DNA of 64,000 nucleotides from Octopus sinensis (lineage: Eukaryota). The stretch is taken from the NCBI RefSeq assembly GCF_006345805.1, contig NC_043001.1:46252001-46316000 (forward strand), read 5' to 3'. This document shows, one piece after another, positions 24,553-36,913 of this stretch. Each line of letters starts with the position of its first letter. Positions within the stretch are counted from its first letter, which is position 1. The translations under genes and the position numbers were made by a program. The notes beneath the pieces were generated by a model that searched no databases, was not told the DNA's origin, and worked only from the letters and a program-made list of their open reading frames with translations.

Positions 24553-25392
24553 CATATATTTCTGTATGCGTGCGCATGTGTGTGTGTGTGTGTGTGTGAA
24601 GTCGCCTGGCGTAATGATTAGTGAGTCGGGCTGTCGCATAATGCGGACCTCAACGAAAAAGATCCTCGCAAATTTAAAGCAGCCTCGATATGAAGAAGCG
24701 GATCATCTTTTCCCAAGAGGGGAAAAGATGACGTTTAAAATTCAAACGAAAGGAAGTCTCAATTAAAGAACACGATGTTGCTTTCAGAATTTTCGAAGAA
24801 GGAAAGAAGATGATAATCGATTCAGAACCCGAATGCATAGAGAATGTTGCAAATCAGAAGACAAGAATTGAAAATGCACTTAGCTGCTATATCGACATGC
24901 ATAAAATGAAGAATAAAGAAAAGTGAAAGCAAACAACATTTTTAAAATATTTAAAAAAGAATAAAGAGCGTTTTTTGTCGGTTTATGCTGATACAAGTCG
25001 ATAAACTAGTAAAATATAAAACTGCATTTAATTCATATATTTGTTTAATTATATTGATTTTCATTTGCTTTTTTGCCACAAGGTATTTCGGAAAATATAA
25101 AAATCGAGAAATCGATCGGTTATTTTACAGGTATTTATGTATTCGAACGCCTGGAGAGGAGACAGGCGCCACCAAGTCAGCAATCCATTTAAATATAGTG
25201 ACACAGTGATATAAGGTCACGTCATTTTGTATGCACTAACGGCCTTCCAACACTAAGAATTCTCATTGATCTACTGATGTTCGAACACTACTGTGCTTTA
25301 GCAGCGCACTTTGCTTGCAGTGATCAAGATATTTTCTCATCTTAATCCTCATCTCTTTATGTGTATGTATGGAAAGATAGATAGAGAAACTA

Positions 25393-25490
<98 letters not shown>

Positions 25491-25600
25491 GTATGTATGC
25501 ATGCATATATTTGTGTATATATGTGTATATATATATATATATACACACACGCATATGTGTGTGTGTATGTGTGTGTGCGCGCACGCGCGCGTGTGTGTAT
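23300..25600. repeat. Dense compound microsatellite zone ((TA)n, (CA)n, (TACA)n); similar tracts occur throughout the window
   Basis: Direct inspection. These tracts explain the YIYIYI / HTHTHT / MYVCMYV ORFs in the track. Confidence 0.95.
24650..24927 (+). mobile_element. pogo/Tigger-like transposase C-terminal fragment
   Basis: Frame reads SIKEHDVAFRIFEEGKKMIIDSEPECIENVANQKTRIENALSCYIDMHKMKNKEK*, resembling Tigger C-termini (IENAxSCY..basic tail). Confidence 0.45.
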
Positions 25601-26955
25601 AGTTTGATAATACTAAAATTCTAGGGATGTGTGTCTGCACCCGAAATATCTCAGAAATAGTATATTTTATCTTAATATTGTTTTGCATATTTATTTTCAT
25701 ACTTACCTTCAGCAGTGCAGTACAAACTTTTGCGACATTTAGACCTCTATTTATTAACGAAAACGAGTGAACACAATTTTTGTTTGTTATTTCTTGACGA
25801 AAAAAAAACATGGCTTCCGTGACGTCAACACACATTCACACATACAGAATAAACACATATAATGAACGTCAAGGCTTGTCAATCAATACAAACACACGTC
25901 CTCTATCTGTGACATATACACACACATAGTCTTCGCGCTCTCTAAGAAAGACAAAAAAAAACGTCGACTTTTTGACGTACACAATATCTTAATCATTCAG
26001 AAACATTTTTAACTGAATGTGATTTCAAAAATGCATGTCGCTTGTACAGCAAGCATTTATATTTTAGCTTTCTTTAAACAGACAGTATTTTTGTTTTTTA
26101 AAATTATTTTCAGTTTCCTTAAAAATCTTTTATTTACTTTTGTTTTTAAAGTGAAAGAGAGGAGAAAGTGAAAGATGTATGTACGTGTATATGAAATGGA
26201 CGTGTGTGTATGTGAAAGAGAGAGAGACAAAGAGAAAGACAGAGAAAAGAGAAAGAGTGAGTGAAGGGCAGTGTTGTCATGTATACGTACATACATCAAT
26301 ACATATGTGTACATCTTTTATGTATGTACGTGTGCATGTGTGTGTGTATGAGAGAGAGTGAGTGAGTGAGTGAGTGAGTGAGTGAGTGAGTGAACTTGTG
26401 TGTTCTCATGGATGTGTAAGTGTCACTCTCTTTATCTCTGTCTGTCTGTGTGTGTGTCTCTCTCTTTCACACACATCCATTTCATATACACGTTCATACT
26501 TCTTTCACTTTCTCCTTTGTTTCACTTTATAACAAAAGTAAATAGATAAAAAAATTTACGGAAATTAACGGACAAAACTAGCTGGTCAGGATGACAGTTC
26601 TGAAAGTCAAAGCGACAGTTCTAAGAGTCAAAGCGAAAGATCGCCCCAAGAGAATACCATTACAAAAAATGTTTCGACTGCATTCAACGTATCTCAGCTC
26701 CAAAAATTTGGCTGCTATTTCTAGCACGCCCTGCTAGCACGTAACAGCTATCTGCGATAAAGGATCCGAAATACCTGTTACGTGGTAGCAGGGCTTGCAA
26801 GAAATAGCAGCCAAATTTTCCTTTTTTGGGGGGAAAAGAGCCGTTTACGCGTGATTTCGATGTCAGATTCGTTGGAAGCATGCGAAATAACTTGGAAAAG
26901 AAAACTCCTTTGCTGGGAAACTCAGACTTTCCAACGGGTCACGGGTAGTCTAGTG

Positions 26956-28184
26956 TACACAGACATGCAGGAAGTAAATATACACCTTTAATTTTCAAAA
27001 TCTTTTATTTAATACGCAAAGCGAACAGTTGAAACGTAATCGATAGGTAGGACTACATACTTTAGTATTTAGTTGACATTCCCTAAGCAGTTTTTAATTC
27101 AGAATTTTTTTTGGCATTAAACTGATGAGCTTTGTGTTTGTCTCTTGTGGAATTTCTGCCCACTTTTCACGCAACAATCGAAACAATTCATCTTTAGATT
27201 TAGGTTTCTGTCGAGTTTTTCGTATAGCTCTATCTAGTATGCTCCAAAGATTTTCAATTGGGTTCATGTCAGTAGATTGGCTCGGCCAAGGAAGCTTTTT
27301 GATCTCATTTTCAGTCAGCCATTGTTGATTCCTTTTCGCTGTGTGGCATGGAGCCTCATCTTCCATGAATAAAAACTCATTTTTCGCTGTTATCGTGCGT
27401 ATACATCGGAAGTAGTACTTGCTTAAGTATTTCGATGTATTTTTCAGAGCGACTCAGAATGACCATTGCTGGTGACAGCTCCCTATACCATTACACAGAT
27501 ACCGCCATGTTTCACAGTTAGTTGGAGTCGTTTCATATAAAATTCTTGATTGTGAAGCCGCCAGATCCAAACATGTCCACTGTCTGAAAATAATGCAAAT
27601 CTGGATTCATCTGAGAAAATCACTCAATCCCAGAATGAACTGGATTTTTCTAACATCTCTTTAGCCCATTTCTTTCTTTTCATGATATTAATTGGTTGAA
27701 GGAGAGGTTTTCTTCTAGCGGCTCGTCCATAATACCCAAGCTTATGCAGATATGTAAGACACGTTCTTGGATTAACTTACAACTGTTTTGCAATGTCAGA
27801 AGCCTTCGAACGGGGTTCGTTTTCCACAATTCTCTTCAAACAGCGAAGCTTCCGTTCCCAGGGTCCAGGTCGGCCGGGACGAGAATCTGTTGATTTTTTT
27901 CCTTGGCTTTTGAATTGCACTATAATTCTATTAACAGTAGCAAGAGGAATTTGAAAATTTTTGGCAATTTTTTGCTGACTAAGACCAGCCTCAAATTGCC
28001 CAACAATACGATCTCATTGAAAATCTGATAGTTCTGCTGAATTTTTTGTGCGTGGCATGGTTACTCTTCGCAAATGTTTAATATAATGACACCTGGAATG
28101 AAAAAGAATAATTACATAGTAAATTCTATACCGCTGAAAACATATTAAGACGCTTAGATCAGAAATTTTGAAAATTAAAGGTGT
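26956..28184 (-). mobile_element. Tc1-like DNA transposon with disrupted DD34E transposase
   Basis: Start MPRTKNSAELSDFQ at 28058. C-terminal ORF 27094-27366 has DEAPCH...WPSQSTDMNPIENLW. Perfect 19-bp inverted repeat at 26982-27000 / 28166-28184. Confidence 0.9.
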
Positions 28185-28913
28185 CAACCTAAAAGCAGAA
28201 ATACATACGTCACTAAAGTGTACAAGGGCACTAATCATCACCAGTATTCCTAGAAATAACAGTCGAAACAACTCAGTAACCACTAAAAGCACTCTCTTAA
28301 TAAGCTGAAAGGGAGACAAGCTCCCTATGGTCGGAGAACACCGATGATTTCGCATTCTAATGCTCATCAGTTGCTCTCACTGCGCCTAGGGTTAAACTCA
28401 TCTCGTCTTGTCAGCTTATAAGATCTACGTTGAAATCATATGCTGATTTCATATACGGTAGTGTGAGAATTATAAATAATATGGGGTGGCTAATTCGCAA
28501 TTTTACAACCTAAAGGCAGAAGTAAATACGTCACTAAAGTGAACAAGAGCAATAAACAGTACCAGTATTGCTAGAAATAACAGTCAAAACAACTCAGTAA
28601 CTACAAAAAGCACCATCTTATGTATGTATGTATGTATGTAAGTATGTATGTATGTAAGTATGTATGTATGTATGTATGTATGTATGTATGTATGTATGTA
28701 TGTATGTATATCTAAATTATATGAAAAGTTGACAGTTTTCTCTAAGTTTTGCCCTTGGCTTTTCATGACAGCCAAAGGAGAAAATCTCTCTGCGCGCACG
28801 CGCACCGTGTGTGCGTTTATATATATATAGTTTTTATATATGTATAAGTATATTATATATCATACATATATATATATATATTATATATATATATACACAT
28901 ATATATACATATA

Positions 28914-28998
<85 letters not shown>

Positions 28999-29889
28999 CA
29001 TGTACGTAATTCTTCCCCTCATACGTATACACACACACACACACATATATATATACATACATACACACATTCTGTTATATAGAGGGCTACGCATTCTCGT
29101 TAGCTAATTACGTAGTCCCATATTGCTTAGGGTCACAGACATTTTCTCAAGGGTGTGCACACGCATTCGTCTGTTATATCTACGTACATATACACAACAA
29201 TTTGTACACCTGCAAATTAAACCGGTTAATTATACAGCCTGTCAATTTCAATATGCTAATTAGGAGATACCAGTTTCTCAAAATATTCCCCCTTAACCTT
29301 CATTGCATCAGTCAGTCTGTCCCCCACTTCTTAGCTTTGGAACGTCTGACGCTAAACATACACACATACGCACGCACCCACAAACACGCACGCATACACG
29401 TACCCATGCACACATATACTCACGCACGCACGCACGTACCCACATACATACTCTCTCTCTCTCTCTCTTCTCTCCCACACACACACACAGACATGCAGAA
29501 GCACACTGACACACAGCCACACATAAGCACTTGGGCCAATGTCTGCATGTATGGATTAATATATATATATATTTGTACGTCTCTATGGGTGTCTATTATA
29601 CATCATATATATATATAAATACACACATATATGCAATTTTATATACACATATATAAAGGTAGACGCATACATATGTCTATGTTTGTTTGTGTATATTCGT
29701 TTGTCTGAGTTTATGTGTGTGTTGTGTGTGGGTGTATAAATGAGCACGTGAGTGTATGTGTGGATATACGGCCGCACATGGATATGAATTTTCAGTTTTT
29801 AATGAAATTACACATTCGAGGGAACATTGTATCCTAATCGACATTTTCAGATGTGTGTTTATAATATAAAGCAGAAAACATATGGCAAA

Positions 29890-32105
29890 TAATCCTTTCT
29901 ACTATATGCAGAAGGCTTGAAATTTGGGGGAAGGGGATGAGTCGATTACATCGACCCCAGTGTGTAACTGGTACTTAATTTATCGACGCCGAAAGGATGA
30001 AAAGGCAAAGTCGACCCCGGCGGCATTTGAACTCACAACGTAACAGCAGACGAAATACCGCTAAGCATTTCGCCCGACGTGCTAACGGTTCTGCCAGCTC
30101 GCCGCCTAAAGATATGGCAAATAATATTGGTTTCAAATTCTGGCGCAAGGTCAACAGTTTCGGGGGAGGGGATCAGTTGATTACATTGACCCCCAGTACT
30201 CAACTGGTACTTATTTTTATCGACTCCGAAAGGATAAAAAGCAAAGTTGACCTAGGCAGAACTTGAACTCAGAGCGTAAAGACAGACGAAATGCTGCTAA
30301 GCGTTTATCCTGGCAGGCTAACAATTCGGCCAGTTCGCCGTTTTCATATGGCAAATATTATTACAGATGTTTTTGTTTCTTTTTAGATATTAGCACAAAG
30401 CCACGCATTTCGGTTGGAAGTTGTAAAATCGTTTAAAACGACCCAACTTAACAGCTTCATATTTTACCGACATTAGTGGGATTTGAACCGAAAGGTAGAG
30501 ACATTTTTTTTTCAATTCAATTCAATTTTTATTGGCTCAAAAAGCAAAAGCAAGGCCATGTAGGGGGACATGGAGTTATGTACAGGGAGGGTGGTCATAC
30601 AAAGAGTGCAGGCCATTTCTAGTCAAGAGAGACTTTGAACCGAGCTGTCGTCGGCATCTTCACTATCTCGTCCGGCAGCTTATTCCACGGATCCGCAACC
30701 CGGACGGAGAAAGCTCCTCTCCTTCGATTGAGATGAAATCGTCGTAGATAGAGCTTTTCGGAGTGACCCCGCAGCCCACGCTCTGGAGTAGGAGCGTGAG
30801 CTATTTCAAAGCCTCTTGTCCAACACTTACAGATTCTGTGATTTTATTCCAACGGGCGGCGAACTGGCAGAATCGTTAGCTCCCCGGACAATGTACCCAG
30901 CTGTATTTCTTTCAGCTTTACGTTTTGGGTTCGAATTCGGACGAGATCGACTTTGCTTTTCGTCCATTCGGGGGTCATGCAATCGATTAGCTCCCTTCCA
31001 TTCAAAGTTCAGGTCTTGTTCCTATAGTAAGGATTAATAATGGTTTCAAATTTTGGCATATGGCTAGCAATTTCAGGGAGGTGATAAATCGTTTACATCG
31101 ACTCCAGTGTTCAACGGTATTTATTTTATCACACCCGTAAGGACGAAAGGCAAAGTCAACCTCGGCGGAATTTGAATTGAGAACGTAAAAACGGACAAAA
31201 TGCCGCTAAGCATTATCTCGGAGTGCTAACAAATCTGCTAGCTCGATACCTTAATAGTTCCAAGGACGGCAAGCTGGTAGAATCGTTAGCGCGTCAGACA
31301 AAATTCTTCGTCGTATTTCTTTCGACTCATTACGCTCTGCGTTCAAATTTAGCCAAAGTCGGTTTTCCCTTCATGTTTTTTTTATTTTTTTAGAATCTGT
31401 ACCAATCAAGTATTAGAGTCGATGTAATCAACCTCCCCCTTCACTCAAATTTGCTAGCCTTATTCCAAAAATTAGAAAGAATTACTATATTTGTCAAATT
31501 TTTGAACAAGGCCAGCAAATTTTTGAACAAGGCCAGTGAGTAACAAGTTGATTACATTGACTCCAGCACTTTATCTTATCGACTCCGAAAGGATGAAAGG
31601 CAAAATTAACCTTGACAGGATTTGAACTTAGAAAGAAATGTCGCTAACTATTTTATCCGATGCGCTAACAATTTTGCCAGCGCGCTGCCTCCATAATAAA
31701 TCATTGTAACTTTTGGTCCAAGGCCAACAATTTCGAGGGGAGGGGTTAAGTCAATTACATCAATCCCAGTGCTCAACTGGTACTTATTTTATCGACCCCG
31801 AAAGGATACAAAGCAAAGAAAGTTGATATCAGCGGTATTTGAACTCAAAATAGAAATAGCAGAAAGAAATGCCGTTAAGCATTTTGTCCGACGCTCTACC
31901 GGTTCGCCGCCTTAATTGCTCTTTCTATTATAGGTATAAGGCCTGATTACATCGATCCCAGCACCAAACTTTATTTCTTTTATCGGCCCCGAAAAGATGA
32001 AATGCAATGTTGACTCGGCAGATTTCGAACTCAGAACGTAAAGCCTGAAGAAATGCGTTAAGAATTTTGTTCGGTACTGTAACGATTCTGCCAGTTCGGT
32101 GCCTT
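29890..32105. mobile_element. Cluster of about nine SINE family A copies in both orientations
   Basis: Repeated tcgaccccgaaaggatgaaaggcaaagtcgac...gaactcagaacgta units. Copies at about 30858-30975 and 31265-31470 are on +, the rest on -. Confidence 0.85.
30511..30800 (-). mobile_element. CR1-type LINE 3' end with (TTGAA)n tail
   Basis: Minus frame reads GLRGHSEKLYLRRFHLNRRRGAFSVRVADPWNKLPDEIVKMPTTARFKVSLD, a typical CR1 ORF2 C-terminus. ttcaattcaattcaa lies at about 30511. Confidence 0.85.
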
Positions 32106-32265
32106 GTTTGTTGTTCTTATATAAAAAGGAATTGTTCTTTTAGAGCTGTGAAAGACAGACTTAGTGTTCGTAGCTGACGATGCGAAAAAACGAAAATGCA
32201 TTAGACTGTGGGCAAGCTAAAGCACCGTCTTAACTTCTTAACTTATTCAATATATTTACGCTTAG

Positions 32266-32560
32266 AGTGGAGGCGCAATGGCCCAGTGGTTAGGGCAGCG
32301 GACTCGCGGTCGGAGGATTGCAGTTTCGATTCCCACACCGGGCGTTGTGTGTGTTTATTGAGCGAAAACACCTAAGAGCTCCACGAGATCCGGCAGGGGG
32401 TGGTAACGGCCCCTGTTGTACTCTTTCGCCACAACTTTCTCTCAATCTCTCTTCCTATGTCTTGAGTAACGCTGCGATAGACTGGCGTCCCGTCCAGCTG
32501 GGGGAACACATACGCCACAGAAACCAGGAAACCGGGCCTATGAGCCTGGCTAGGCTTCAA
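32266..32560 (+). mobile_element. tRNA-derived SINE family D
   Basis: ggaggcgcaatggcccagtggttagggcagcggactcgcggtc...tttcgattccc head, matching 22250-22557. Confidence 0.8.
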
Positions 32561-33793
32561 AAGGAGGAAAAAAATTTACGCTCAGAGATGTCTAGTAAAT
32601 ATATATATTTGAACGAAAATATACATTCACTGTACTCTGAGGTATCTGTCACTTATTTCTAGCCCGAAATACTTCGTTCATGATGTTATTCCCGTTTTCT
32701 ATCAGTAACTTCATAATAAATCATAACTGATCCCAAATAATAATTTGTGTACTTACTTTCCCTTATACACAGATTCCAAATTGATAGTAAAGGATATGAT
32801 ACTTTTTGCTTGGAAATTTTTTTAAATGTTATGTTAAGAGGTTAACAGACTTAGATGATCAAATCGATCCCAATAGTAATTTCTTTAAAAGTCTGAAACT
32901 CACTGTATTGAAATATTTTGATGAATCTCCTCATTCGAGAACGCAAAGAAACAGCAAAGGGCTGCCAAGCAATGGGGGTGGGGAGGGAGAACAGCAAACA
33001 AATAAATGCACGCAAACACACATGAAATGGGCTTCTCCTACTTAGTTGCCACTTATCAAATCCACTTTAGTGGCATCGGTCGGCCAAAAGCTATAGTATA
33101 AGACATTTGCCCAAGGTGCAACCAAGTAGAGCGTGTATGTATTTATGTATGTATAACAAGCTTCCGAACAATTCCCTTCCAAATTCCACTTCAGGTGCTG
33201 ATCAATACGAGAGTATTGCAGAAATCACTGCCAAAAAAAAAAAATTCTTGCACGGTGGAATCGAACACGTAACCGTATGTTTGAAAGGCAATTTTCATAA
33301 CCATGTAACCATGTAAATAATCTGAGGTATTTTTCCTACTACGAGTCTTTTGGTCGACTATACAGTTCGAGAAATAATAAATGATGTTGACTGAATGATT
33401 TAAATTACATTGATTTGTGATTCATTATGCAACAGGCTGTTGTGTTTGAAATTTCATATGTATCCAGATCCCTTGAATTTTAAAACGGGACCATCTGTCG
33501 CGTGATGAATAGGAATATACGTCAGAAGCCAAGAAACTAATATGTTGATACAGGTACGCAATTGAAAAACCATTCTGTCATGATCATTCATCTTTTCTCA
33601 GTCTGATGATGTGTACAATCGCCAAAAAGTTCGATTAAACGAAACCAAAGAACAAATTTATAATCTTGTGTATCTCAATTTTGACAAACAGCTATCAAAA
33701 TTTACACACATTGATCATAAAATTGTGTTAAACATCGTCACGTTTTTGTATTACAAGATAAAACAAAACAATATGTAGGTACACAAACAGGCA

Positions 33794-33854
<61 letters not shown>

Positions 33855-33864
33855 CATATATACG

Positions 33865-34075
33865 TAGTTAATCCAAACATGAAAACACAAAGAGAAAACA
33901 CAACAACGAGAGGATGTGGAACAAGTATAGTGTTATTGGACGCTCAGGAAAGGAAGGAAAGAAGGAGGATTTAACGTTTCGAGCGGAGTTCTTCGTCAGA
34001 AACATAGGAGAAGGAAAGATCCAAGGAAGGGAAGACGGAGGGAAAAAATCGCCAACGATAGACACGCGGTCACAC
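33865..34075 (-). mobile_element. Probable Penelope-like pLTR remnant with a hammerhead-like motif
   Basis: Minus strand ctgacgaagaactccgctcgaaacgtta at 33972-33999. Confidence 0.45.
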
Positions 34076-34079
34076 ACAC

Positions 34080-34113
<34 letters not shown>

Positions 34114-34964
34114 ACACACACACACTTATATAGCGGCAAAATAATGCGAATATTGTTACTATTTATATCTAGTTTAGAGATTTTAGAACTAGCTACTTTG
34201 CCGCCTGTCTTTTTATATATTGTGAGGAGGGACAATTGTCTGCCATCTAGCGATGCTAGAGCAGGCAGGTCCCCAGTACCGGTGACGGGTAAAGACCCAG
34301 AAACCATGATCCACTAGTCTTGCCAAGCTAGGCGGGGTGGGGTGGGGGATTTGCTGCCTTACTCATAATATATCAGACAGAGGTTGTGTCGTTAACCAGG
34401 TGGAAAAGACCTTTTCTTGGGATTAAAATGTAGTAACATAGTTCTTTACGGAACAGCCATGTTATAGTGACAAAAAAGTTACCTATATATATATATATAT
34501 TCACACACACGTATATATGTATGTGTGTATACGCACACACACACACCTGTAATCAGTATTTGTTCTGTGTACAGCGAGGTCTGAGACGATGATTTGCATA
34601 CTTATTCTTAACATGTTCCGGCAGATTCGAACGCAAAATATGCTAATCACTGTTGTGCATGTCTTACGAGGATAACATCACCCTTTTACGATTACCATGT
34701 GCTCTTAACACATTCGGCTCATTGGCGCAAGAGATGTGGTGTAACCAGTTTGCTTACTTTTCACAGTAAGGCTAAAGTCACACGTTATGAAAAAAAAAGT
34801 AAGCATACTGTACATTACATTTCAAATTATAAAAGGAAAAAAGAAGTGCGTAAGTGGAAGACTAAAATAGGTTTCCGTGCAGGAATGACGTTGTTATAAA
34901 TCACTTGTTGAAAATAGAAACATTGTTACACGCCCCCCTATCCACATAGATACATATATTACAT

Positions 34965-35335
34965 TGGTTTCAAAGTTTGGGTCAAATCTAGCGTTTTCGG
35001 GAGAGGTGTTAAGTTGATTACATCGACCCCAGTGCACAACTGGTTACTTTATCGACCCCAAAAGGATGAAATGCGAAGTCGACCTTGGCAGAATTTGAAC
35101 TCAGAACGTACAGACAGAAGAAATGCGTCCAAGCATTTTGCCCGTTGTGCTAACGATTCTTTTCTGTTCTAGGCACAAGGCCCGAAATTTTGGGGGAGGG
35201 GGCCCATCGATTAGATCGACTCCGAAAGGATGAAAGGCAAAGTCGACCTCGGTGGAATTTGAACTCAGAACGTAAAGACAGACGAAATACCGCTAAGCAT
35301 TTCGCCCGGCACGCTAACGTTTCTGCCAGCCTTAG
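34965..35335 (-). mobile_element. Two tandem SINE family A copies
   Basis: Same core as the other family A copies. Confidence 0.8.
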
Positions 35336-35349
35336 ATAAATATATTATA

Positions 35350-35549
35350 CAGGGTTGGCCAAAAGTCATCCGACAGTAATTCAAAATTCCATAAATACTT
35401 AATATTCAATTTTATTTATCCATTTGGAAAAATGATGTCGCTCAAGAAGGACTTCAGTTTGCTTTTATTAAATTCATTCAGTTGTTAAAAATAAAATCTT
35501 GGAATTAAATGGTTTTGATTTACTGTCAGGTGACTTTTGGCCAAGCCTG
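35350..35549. mobile_element. 200-bp Tc1/mariner-type MITE with TA target duplication
   Basis: TIRs cagggttggccaaaagtcatccgacagtaa / ttactgtcaggtgacttttggccaagcctg, flanked by TA. Confidence 0.85.
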
Positions 35550-36072
35550 TATATTAATATTTTGTCGAGCCACAGGCTACGTTGCATAGCAGCAGAGCTA
35601 GGCTAATACTGGTCGTCTCATTTTTATCCGATCTCTTTCGTTGCGTTTGTGATCGATCCATTTAACCATGCGCTGGTGCGATATTTCAGATGTTTTTACG
35701 AGGTACTTTTCAAATGGCAACTTTTGGAAAAAAAATTTCTGTGTTTCGGTAAGAACCTCCTAAAAAACAAACAAAAAAACCCTGGAATATCACACCATCA
35801 CTTAATTAAATGGGTCAGCACTCAACAATCACATACTCTATTTTGTAACCTTACACTCTGTCATTGTATACATAGCACTACAGATAATTTCCTATCTCTA
35901 TTTCCTCTCTTCTGTTTTAACCATTATTTTACTTCCCTGCAGTCGCTATACACTTTGCAATCCTCTGTTTTCCCTTATAATTCCCATATTGCCTTGATTA
36001 AATTCACCCATTTCTTATGATTTATATTTTTAATTTATTATTTTTATAATACATTGATATTATTATTATGAA

Positions 36073-36385
36073 GTTGCATAGCTCAGTGGTTAGGGCGTCG
36101 GGTTCACAATCTTGAGGTAGTGAGTTCGATTCCCGGACCGGGCTGTGTGTTGTGTTCATGAACAAGACACTATTTCACGTTGTTCCAGTTCACTTAGCTG
36201 TAGAGATGAGTTGTAACATCATTGGTGCCAAGCTGTATCAGCCTTTGCCTTTCCCTTGAATAACATCGGTGAAGAGGGGGGGGGCTGGTATGCATGGATA
36301 ACTACAGATCTTCTATAAACAACCTTGCCTGGAGGGTAATTTTCTAGGTGCAATCCCATGGTCATTCATGACCTAAAGGGGGTCG
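36073..36385 (+). mobile_element. tRNA-derived SINE, family E in my labelling
   Basis: A/B-box head tagctcagtggttagggcg...gagttcgattcccgg followed by a central domain similar to family C. Confidence 0.7.
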
Positions 36386-36411
36386 TTACCTTATTGCTAT
36401 TATTATTATTA

Positions 36412-36890
36412 TGTGAGAGCAGTGCATGCCATCAAAGTGACACTGGGGTAAAATAGACGAAGCCCAGTATACTCATCATGACTACCCGTCTGGCGCATGC
36501 ATCAAAACCATATGTGCGCAACATGGTGATCTCATATCAAGATAAACAGCACATGACCTTATAGGTGGGGCCCAGTTAGAATTTTCTTCTGGTCGAGTAA
36601 CCTACCACGCTCAAAAGGTCCCTGAATAAAGGTTGTTTATGGATGTTGAACGAAACACCCATGTTTCCATAGGTGAATTATTCAAACCCCAAAGAATCAC
36701 ACTCAACACATGGCTATGATGCTCCCCCACTACTTCTGCTCATGATCAGAGATGCACATATCGCCAGCCACTAAGGGACATGGTTAACTGGTTAAGGTCA
36801 AACAACTGACAAGCAAATCTGTGGCATTGAGCAGAATATTTGCCGTAGCCCATCTTTTATACCAAGACAAAACAATGTACATGATGACAC
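36412..36890 (-). mobile_element. Non-coding retroelement 3' segment with (TAA)n tail; second copy at about 62426-62907 on +
   Basis: About 480 bp of clear reverse-complement similarity between the two loci. Both copies end in an (AAT)n run. Confidence 0.75.
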
Positions 36891-36913
36891 TATTATTATT
36901 ATTATTATTATTA

